NCBI GenBank assembly: GCA_965240325.2
Contig: OZ251228.1
Coordinates: forward strand, 434,001 to 498,000
Direction: 5' to 3'
DNA: 64,000 nucleotides
From: Rebecca billardiae RCC1528
Taxonomy: Eukaryota; Protista; Haptophyta
The position numbers were made by a program, and so were the translations under genes. Shown here in pieces: positions 55,963 to 64,000 of the stretch (positions within the stretch are counted from its first letter, which is position 1; each line of letters starts with the position of its first letter). The notes beneath the pieces are model-generated. The model was not told the origin of the DNA and did not search any database. It was given only the letters and a program-made list of their open reading frames with translations.

Positions 55963-57543
55963 ATGCCCGCGCTCGGCCGGCTTGTACTCGTCGCCCTCGT
56001 GGCGTGCGCGCCCGCAGGCGTCGGCGCCGCGCGGCCTCGCTCGCTCAGCCGCGCCGGGAGCGGCGCGGCGACCTCGCTCTCCGCCCTCGCCGCCGGCAGC
56101 ACGCCGCCGCCGCCGCCCGCGCCCGCGCTCACGCTGCCGCCGTGCCGCACGCTCGTGGGCGTCGCGGCGGGCTGCCTCGGCGCGCTCCAGTTCGGGTACA
56201 GCCTGGGCGTGGTGAACGCGCCGCAGGAGGTCATCTCGCGCGCGATCGGCATCACCGACACGCCCACGCGCTGGGCGGCCATCGTGTCCGTCTTCGGCCC
56301 GGCCGGGCTCGTGGGCGCGAACGGCGCGGGCGCGCTCGTGAGCGAGCACGGCGCGCGCGCGGTGATGGTCTGCACGGCATTCGGCTTCCTCGCGGGCGGC
56401 GCGCTGATGTGGCTCGCGGGCGGCGCGTCCTACTCCGCGCAGGCCGCGTTCTGGCTGCTCGTCGCCGGCCGCGTCTGCGTCGGCGTCGCCGCGGGCATCG
56501 CGACCGTCGCCGTCCCAGTGTACCTCGGCGAGAGCGCGCCAGTGCACCTGCGCGGCGCGTTCGGCAACCTGAACCAGATGGGCGTGGTCGTGGGCATCCT
56601 GCTCTCGCAGCTGCTTGGGGCGGCGCTCTCCACGCCGCGCGGCTGGCGCGTGCTCATGGGCGCGCCCGCGCTGCTCGGGCTGCTCCAGCTGCTGAGCGCG
56701 CCGCTTCTGCTCCCGTCTCCCGCGCACCTGCTACAGAGCGGACAGCGCGCGCGCGCGCTCGAGGCGCTCGAGCGGATGCGCCCGCGCGGCACGAGCGCGT
56801 CGACGCTCGCGTCCGAGCTGTCGGCGCTCGCGTCGTCCGTCGCCGACGCGCCCGCGCGTGGGCGCAACCGCCGGCGCTCGGCGCAGCCGGCCGCGTCGGC
56901 GTCCGCGCTCGTGGCCGCGCGCTCGTCGCGCGCCGTGCGGCGCGCGCTCGGCCTCGGCGTGCTGCTCATGCTCGCGCAGCAGTTCTCGGGGATCAACGCA
57001 GTGTTCTTCTACTCGACGGCGATCTTCCGCGCGGCCGGCCTCTCCTCGCCAATCGTCGGTACCCTCGTCACCGGCGTGGTCAACGTCGTCTCCACCGCGC
57101 TCGGCGTCGGCCTGGTGGAGGTCTGTGGCCGGCGGCCGCTGCTGCTGGTCGGGATGGCGGGGATGGCCGTGTGCGCGCTCGCGCTCACCGGGCTGCTCGC
57201 GGCGGGCGCGGCGGCGCCGGCGTGGCTCTGCCTGCTCACCGTGTGCGCCTCCGTCACCTTCTTCGAGATCGGCCTCGGCTCGATCCCGTGGCAGATCGGC
57301 AACGAGATCTTCGAGCCGTCGTGCCGCGCGTCCGCGATGGCTCTGTGCGCGGCCGTCAACTGGCTCGCCACGTCCGTGGTCGGCTTTGCGTTCCCGCTGC
57401 TGCAGCGCTCGCTCGGCCAGCTGTGCTTCGTGCCGTTCGCCGCATGCCTCGCCGTCGCGTTCGCCCTCACCCAGCGCTTCCTGCCCGAGACGAAGGCGCG
57501 CACGATCGGCGAGATCCAGGAAGCGCTCGGGGCCGCGGACTGA
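55963..57543 (+). CDS. MFS sugar porter (GLUT/hexose transporter-like) with N-terminal targeting extension
   Basis: LQFGYSLGVVN, PVYLGESAPVHLRGAFG, QQFSGINAVFFYST, GRRPLLL, GLGSIPW, LPETKART. Confidence 0.93.
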   Translation: MPALGRLVLVALVACAPAGVGAARPRSLSRAGSGAATSLSALAAGSTPPPPPAPALTLPPCRTLVGVAAGCLGALQFGYSLGVVNAPQEVISRAIGITDTPTRWAAIVSVFGPAGLVGANGAGALVSEHGARAVMVCTAFGFLAGGALMWLAGGASYSAQAAFWLLVAGRVCVGVAAGIATVAVPVYLGESAPVHLRGAFGNLNQMGVVVGILLSQLLGAALSTPRGWRVLMGAPALLGLLQLLSAPLLLPSPAHLLQSGQRARALEALERMRPRGTSASTLASELSALASSVADAPARGRNRRRSAQPAASASALVAARSSRAVRRALGLGVLLMLAQQFSGINAVFFYSTAIFRAAGLSSPIVGTLVTGVVNVVSTALGVGLVEVCGRRPLLLVGMAGMAVCALALTGLLAAGAAAPAWLCLLTVCASVTFFEIGLGSIPWQIGNEIFEPSCRASAMALCAAVNWLATSVVGFAFPLLQRSLGQLCFVPFAACLAVAFALTQRFLPETKARTIGEIQEALGAAD

Positions 57544-58483
57544 CGAGGAGGCGTGAGCCGGCTGACGACCGCTGAGGGCCTGTCTGGCGGCCTGAGCCCT
57601 CCGGGTGCCAACGTTCCTGAGGCGCCCCTAAGGCCTCACTGACGGACAACGCCGCGGACACACCGTCTCGAGCCGACTGCGAGTTGTACATACTAGCGCA
57701 TACGACGATATATGATGACAAGTGATTTCAGAGATGATGCATCATCATCATTAATGACGCGCGCGTCAATAAATAATCAAATTATTCAGCAGCAGCTATA
57801 TATATGTGGCGTTATAGGGAACCTATATAACTGAGTGTCTATGAGCGACGCCAAGAATCCGGCTCGCACGGCATTCCTGCGTTGTCCTGTGCGCACCACC
57901 GCGCGCAGGAGTCCTGGTGCGCTGCCAATCTGGCCCACAGCGGCGCACCTGCAGGACTCGGTTGGTTACCGCTCACATCGGATCGATCAGGCTTCGCTCT
58001 CGGGGGCGCCATGGGGCTGCTCACGACGAAGGCGCCGAGCTGGGCAAGGGAATCGCCTGCATCGAGCACTGCCGGGTGCACTCTCCGCTGCAGGAGGTGC
58101 ACCGCAGTCGCGCAGCCCCTCTGCTCGGTAAGGTCGCTGGCTGTCTGTGTGGCCCGGCTCCCCGCCTGATCGTTCGGCGGCGCGACGACATCATCTACGC
58201 TGTCTTCGCCGCGTCGCCCCTCATGCAATATGGTCTCCTGCTCTCGCCGCTGTCGCGTCAACCAGCACGCTTCATCGTTTGAGATACGCGCTCGCCTCGC
58301 GCCCGTGCGTCGCGCGGGTGCGGCGCACTCTGACGCGTGTCTGCTCGCCGCGCGTCGCGATCGATCGTGCGCGCGCGGCCGCGCAGTCCTCGTCTCTTCT
58401 ATTTCTAAACGGGATTCATCAACGACTACTTGGACGCCCGCTCCAACTTATAAACGGGACTCGCGGGCGCCCTCTCGACCTCG

Positions 58484-58588
58484 GGCAGCAGCTCAACCGC
58501 CACGCCGCTGCCAGCGCCCGCTGTCGTTCGTTGCTCAGGCAGCAGCTCAACCGCCACGCCGCTGCCAGCGCCCGCTGTCGTTCGTTGA
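58484..58588. repeat. 54-bp direct tandem duplication
   Basis: GGCAGCAGCTCAACCGCCACGCCGCTGCCAGCGCCCGCTGTCGTTCGTTG occurs twice. Confidence 0.88.
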
Positions 58589-58919
58589 CGCCGCGCGCCG
58601 CGACCATCCAGCTCCAGAGTCCATTCGTACCCGACGCCTTGTACGAGCCGGGCATGGCGGAGTGGCTAGACATATATATATATATTAACGACGACGTGGT
58701 ATGCAACGGGCAGGCGTCAGAGTCAGCAAGCTGTAGCAGTAGCAGATCGAGCATATATATACTGATATACATATATATATAGCATCATCAGCAGCATCAA
58801 ATTATGCTGTTGGCGGTGAGTGTTGCCATCAATTGGCATCATCATGATGCATGCGCGTCGTTCTGATGATGCCAGCACTTGCCACTGCGCGGCCGACAGT
58901 ACCACGACACCGCCACGCA

Positions 58920-61651
58920 CTACACCATCGAGTCGACGACCATGTCGCCTGCAGGCGGCGCCATCCGTGGGGGACGCACAGCCCCCGACTGCGTGCTGGA
59001 CACAGAGCCCGTGTCGCTCCCGCGCTTGTCACGGCGGCCCGCGCTCGCCACGCTGAGCGTGTCGCTGGCGCGTGTAGCGCGGCGCGCTGCGCTGCGCTCC
59101 TGTTCGGCGCGCGGCGGCTCGCTCGCGCGCCGAGCGCGCGAAGCCGGCGAGAGGCTGGGGCTCACATCGGCGGTGTCGGTGGGGCTCTTGGTTGGCGGCG
59201 AGGGCGAGCGGCCGCGCGACGACGAGCGGGCGCGGCGCGAGAAGCTCGCGCCGCTGAACGAGCCGATCAGGCCCGCCTCCGTCACGCTGCCATCCGCGGC
59301 GCCGGTGACCTGCGCGCCGCTGCCGCTCGGGCGCATGCTCCGGATGGTACGCAGCGCGCCGGACATGCTGTACTCGATGGTGGGCGGCCTGCTCAGCCCT
59401 CGCAGCGCGTGGCGCACGCGCTCGCTGAACGCCTCGGCGCCGCCCGACGACGCCTCGATCACCGCGAGCAGCCGCTCCGTGTCCTGCTGCAGCGAGCAGC
59501 CGGCGTCCATCACGTCAAAGTTGTCGAGCAGCTCGTCCAGCGTCCACTGCGTGTGCTCGCCGTCCAGGTCGGACTGCGAGGCGACGTCCGAGTCGGCGGG
59601 CGTGGGGTCGTCGTCCACGTCGGTCGCGCCGGCGATGTTGATCGGGTAGACACTGGTCATGCGCTGCGGCGCCTCCGCAGCCGGCGCGTGTGCCGCCGGC
59701 GCCGGCTCGGGCTGCGGCTCCGGGTAGAGCTCCGCAGGGGCCACTACGGCCGTCTCCCGCGCCGCGCCAGCGGACGCCGTGGGCGGCGGCGGCATCCGCC
59801 GCCGGCGCCACGATCGCGGCGCGATCGACGCCAGCTCTCTCAGCTCAATCCTCGCGCGGTCGCCGCCCATGTTGAGGAAGATGAAGAGCTCGACGACGCT
59901 GCGGATGGGCGGGCGCGCGGGCCGGGCCGGGCGCGCTGGGGTGTGAGCGCGCCGCGGGCGGAGGGCGAGCGCGCGGCGCGGCGCGGCATGCGCGGCGCGG
60001 CGCCACCGCGCGCGCACCACCACAGCCGCGTGAGCAGCGTCGGCCCCATCAGCACGAGCAGCTTGTCGCACCCGGCCAGGTATATGGGCAGGCACGGCAG
60101 CGAGTCCGAGATGCTCTCGGGGTTGAGGCACGCCTTGTCGAGCCACACGACCGGCTCGCGGTGGTTGCGGGCGACAAACTCGGCGCGCCACGCCTGCAGC
60201 GCCTCCCACTTCTCCGAAGCGTCGTCGTGCCACGAGTGCGTGATGAACGCGTCGACGCTGCCGAAGCCCGCGTGCCGCGAGCACGCGTGCAGCTCGGGCA
60301 TCGGCGCCGCGCTCCGCAGGTGCTCCTCGCAGATCAGGTCCAGACGGATCCCGCGGAAGGTCGACCGCGCGAGCTCGTGCACCTCGTTCACGGGGCGCGC
60401 GTTGAGCAGCGCGGCGATGCCCGCCGCGACGCTCGCCGGCTCGCCGTGCGAGTCGAGCCACGCGTGCATCGCGGTGCGTCGGCTCGGCGTGAGCAGCGCC
60501 GCCAGCAGTAGCGCCTCGGCCATCGCAACGTACCGCAAGACCAGCGCAGCGCGCATCTCCGCCCAGAGATGTTCGATAGGGAATCGCAGGTGGAAGAGCG
60601 CACCGCGCGCGGCGAGCAGCGCGGCGGCGGACAGGAGGAGCGTGCGCAGCACGCGCCACAGCCCGTCGAGCTGCACGCGCGGCGGGCGGCCCAGCTTGGA
60701 GACGACCTCCACAAGCAGCAGCAGGGCGACGAGCGCGCCGCCCACGGCCGCAGCCAGGCTGCCAATCTCGAACCAGCAGGGCACGAGGGTGAGCGTCGGG
60801 CTGTGCGCGCCAAACACCGAGTCGGAGCAGCGCGGGTACTCGCGCGCGATCGCCTCCACCAGCACGATGCTCGCCCACACGTACGCGGCGAGGATCGCGA
60901 GGGCGAGCAGGGCACCGGCGAACATCGTGCGCTGGATGCGCACGCAGTCGGTCGGCAGCAGCGAGAGCATCAGCACAACGACGCCGGGGAAGAGCAGCGT
61001 CGCGCCGCGCGCGTCGTCGTACATGACCTCGAGCACGCTCCCCGCCAGCCCGAGCACGGCGCCCGCCGCGATGGTCGGCCTGTGCACGCGCGCGGAGAAG
61101 CGGCGGCCTGCGAGCTTCGACGCCTCGAGCGCGGCGCGCACGGTCTCCTCCGTGCGCTCGGGCGGCGGCTCGCGCACGCCCGAGGCCCTGCGCGTCGAGC
61201 CGTGCGCGTCCGCCACCACACGCGAGCTCCTGCCGCCACCAAACCGGCTGGCCAGGAAGGGCGATATGCCGCGGGACGGTGGCTTGCGGCCGTGCTTGTG
61301 CGCGTCGCGATGCGCGTGCCCGTGCCGCCCGGTGGGCCTGCCCGGCAGGTGCGCCGAGGACGCCCGGCCGCGCGCGAGCCGCCCTGGCCGCGCTGCCTTG
61401 ATCACTGGCGACGCGTTCAGCGAGGCCGTCGTCGCCCGCCCGCGTGCGAGCCGCCCTGCCGTGAACTCTGGCGTCGGATGCTGCAGCGAGGCCGTCGCCA
61501 CCCGCCCGCGCTTCAGCCGCGTCGCCGGCTCGCCCGGCGTGGATGCGCTGGAGATCTGGGCGGCGCTCGTGCGCGAGTGGGCCGAGGTCTCCCTGGAGCT
61601 CGCCGAGGTGATGCGGTGGCTCGGCATGGGGCGCCGCGCGGCGGCGAGCAT
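58920..61651 (-). CDS. Multi-pass membrane protein with cytosolic TIR-like domain, copy 1 (2 exons)
   Basis: Exons 61651-60018 and 59898-58920. The GT-AG intron restores RLWC-VVELF. About 6 hydrophobic helices, then DAFITHSWHDD...VWLDKACL...LPIYLAGCDKLLVLMGPTLLTRLWCVVELFIF, then a Ser/Pro/Arg-rich tail. Confidence 0.8.
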
Positions 61652-62196
61652 GGCACCGCTCGCACACACCTCGTCGCGACGCCGGCGCGTGGCGTGAGGT
61701 GGCGGCAAATCTCGCAGGCGATCTCGCAGTTGGAATCGATCGAGGGGAATCCTATCATCATAATACTGAAGGTGCCGAGGCGATGAATCGCAAAAATACC
61801 TGCCTCGCTACTCATTGGAGTAATTAGAAATCACCTTGTACGTAAGCGGTTCATTCAACGACATTGGGTAACTCTTGAGATGGGGTGCTTAACGACGACC
61901 TTCAACCTTGGTGACCAACCTATTTGTGATGATGAGAGCCGAAAATGAAACATTAGTATCGAATGTTGTGTGATTATGTCGTTCGCTTTTTGGGCGCCCC
62001 CATGTTGCCGTGACTCGTGAGCTGGTGAGCGTCCTAGAAATCAGGGGATCTGCCTCGGAAATATTTTGCACGATTCTTCGTCAATCACCGGATTGCCCCT
62101 GTTTAAGCTCGGCATGAAATGAGCCAACCAAGCTCTTCACAAGAGCTGCTCTTTCCAAAGGATTGCTCTTTCGTTCGATCATCTAATTATAAGATG

Positions 62197-62330
62197 TCTT
62201 ACGACGCGGCAACAGTGCCGCACAGTTCTTGAGAAGCGCTCGTCACCCCGCCACAGCAACCGTATGAATCTTACGACGCGGGGCAACAGTGCCGCACAGT
62301 AGTGAGAAGCGCTCGTCACCCCGCCACAGC
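62197..62330. repeat. ~61-bp direct duplication (period about 72) in the divergent spacer
   Basis: TCTTACGACGCGG(GG)CAACAGTGCCGCACAGT...TGAGAAGCGCTCGTCACCCCGCCACAGC occurs twice. Confidence 0.85.
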
Positions 62331-62398
62331 TGCGTGGGCAAGGAGTCAAGGACACCTATTCGCCGGCGCCTCGCGGCGAGCCGGGCGCGCGCGCACCG

Positions 62399-64000
62399 AT
62401 GGCGAGCGCGAGGAGTCCCATGCTCGTCACCGCGAGCGGTGCCATGCTCGCCGCCGCGCGGCGCTCCATGCCGAGCCACCGCATCACCTCGGCGAGCTCC
62501 AGGGAGACCTCGGCCCACTCGCGCACGAGCGCCGCCCAGATCTCCAGCGCATCCACGCCGGGCGAGCCGGCGACGCGGCTGAAGCGCGGGCGGGTGGCGA
62601 CGGCCTCGCTGCAGCACCCGACGCCAGAGTTCACGGCAGGGCGGCTCGCACGCGGGCGGGCGACGACGGCCTCGCTGAACGCGTCGCCAGTGATCAAGGC
62701 AGCGCGGCCAGGGCGGCTCGCGCGCGGCCGGGCGTCCTCGGCGCACCTGCCGGGCAGGCCCACCGGGCGGCACGGGCACGCGCATCGCGACGCGCACAAG
62801 CACGGCCGCAAGCCACCGTCCCGCGGCATATCGCCCTTCCTGGCCAGCCGGTTTGGTGGCGGCAGGAGCTCGCGTGTGGTGGCGGACGCGCACGGCTCGA
62901 CGCGCAGGGCCTCGGGCGTGCGCGAGCCGCCGCCCGAGCGCACGGAGGAGACCGTGCGCGCCGCGCTCGAGGCGTCGAAGCTCGCAGGCCGCCGCTTCTC
63001 CGCGCGCGTGCACAGGCCGACCATCGCGGCGGGCGCCGTGCTCGGGCTGGCGGGGAGCGTGCTCGAGATCATGTACAACAACGCGCTCGGCGCGACGCTG
63101 CTCTTCCCCGGCGTCGTTGTGCTGATGCTCTCGCTGCTGCCGACCGACTGCGTGCGCATCCAGCGCACGATGTTCGCTGGTGCCCTGCTCGCCGTCGCGC
63201 TCGTCGCCGCGTACGTGTGGGCGAGCATCGTGCTGGTGGAGGCGATCGCGCGCGAGTACCCGCGCTGCTCCGACTCGGTGTTTGGCGCGCACAGCCCGAC
63301 GCTCACCCTCGTGCCCTGCTGGTTCGAGATTGGCAGCCTGGGCACGTGCGCGGGCGGCGGGCTCGTCGCCCTGCTGCTGCTTGTGGAGGTCGTCTCCAAG
63401 CTGGGCCGCCCGCCGCGCGTGCAGCTCGATGGGCTGTGGCGCGTGCTGCGCACGCTCCTCCTGTGCGCCGCCGCGCTACTCACTGTGTTTGCGGTTCTCT
63501 TCCACCTGCGATTCTCCATCGAACATCTCTGGGCGGAGATGCGCGTTGCGCTGGTCGCGCGGTACGTCGCGACGGCCGAGGCGCTGCTGCTGGCGGCGCT
63601 GCTCACGCCGAGCCGACGCACCGCGATGCACGCGTGGCTCGACTCGCACGGCGAGCCGGCGAGCGTCGCGGCGGGCATCGCCGCGCTGCTCAACGCGCGC
63701 CCCGTGAACGAGGTGCACGAGCTCGCGCGGTCGACCTTCCGCGGGATCCGTCTGGACCTGATCTGCGAGGAGCACCTGCGGAGCGCGGCGCCGATGCCCG
63801 AGCTGCACGCGTGCTCGCGGCACGCGGGCTTCGGCAGCGTCGACGCGTTCATCACGCACTCGTGGCACGACGACGCTTCGGAGAAGTGGGAGGCGCTGCA
63901 GGCGTGGCGCGCCGAGTTTGTCGCCCGCAACCACCGCGAGCCGGTCGTGTGGCTCGACAAGGCGTGCCTCAACCCCGAGAGCATCTCGGACTCGCTGCCG
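62399..64000 (+). CDS. Multi-pass membrane protein with TIR-like domain, copy 2 (3' end beyond the window)
   Basis: In-frame ATGs at 62399, 62420 and 62444. The frame is open to the window end and is paralogous to copy 1. Confidence 0.8.
   Translation, partial: MASARSPMLVTASGAMLAAARRSMPSHRITSASSRETSAHSRTSAAQISSASTPGEPATRLKRGRVATASLQHPTPEFTAGRLARGRATTASLNASPVIKAARPGRLARGRASSAHLPGRPTGRHGHAHRDAHKHGRKPPSRGISPFLASRFGGGRSSRVVADAHGSTRRASGVREPPPERTEETVRAALEASKLAGRRFSARVHRPTIAAGAVLGLAGSVLEIMYNNALGATLLFPGVVVLMLSLLPTDCVRIQRTMFAGALLAVALVAAYVWASIVLVEAIAREYPRCSDSVFGAHSPTLTLVPCWFEIGSLGTCAGGGLVALLLLVEVVSKLGRPPRVQLDGLWRVLRTLLLCAAALLTVFAVLFHLRFSIEHLWAEMRVALVARYVATAEALLLAALLTPSRRTAMHAWLDSHGEPASVAAGIAALLNARPVNEVHELARSTFRGIRLDLICEEHLRSAAPMPELHACSRHAGFGSVDAFITHSWHDDASEKWEALQAWRAEFVARNHREPVVWLDKACLNPESISDSLP

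Larger units (their letters stand above)
60109..64000. repeat. Inverted segmental duplication (60109-61662 vs 62433-64000+, about 770-bp spacer)
   Basis: The two arms are reverse complements with near-complete identity. The right arm runs off the window. Confidence 0.92.

Overview
Very GC-rich, gene-dense eukaryotic nuclear DNA with short (about 120-220 bp) spliceosomal introns, including a probable GC-AG intron, and AT-rich, microsatellite-rich intergenic islands. This style suggests a haptophyte alga (Pavlovales/Diacronema-like), which is an inference only. About 20 genes can be supported: organellar RF2, SDHB, a short major-vault-protein-like SPFH protein, an acylated hemerythrin, a SAM + toxin-like-domain protein, a cyclin Y-like protein, a CEP295-like protein, a Sel1-MYND protein, a GH5 glucanase, a TLC protein, a UvrD/Srs2 helicase, an EsV-1-7 repeat protein, a CPBP protease, a large low-complexity protein, an RTX-like secreted protein, Dnmt2, TauE, a hypothetical protein, a sugar porter, and a head-to-head inverted pair of multi-pass membrane TIR-like genes. 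A gene-poor zone at about 38.6-47.4 kb holds TE debris and a 2,044-bp element with CACAGT termini and bipartite TIRs. The most interesting signals are: (1) the TM-TIR pair, identical in the visible TIR part but strongly diverged in the membrane region; (2) a membrane-anchored mini-vault candidate; (3) the SAM-effector protein; (4) the CEP295 homolog; (5) the element with RSS-like ends. All protein calls come from motif recognition by eye; no searches were run.
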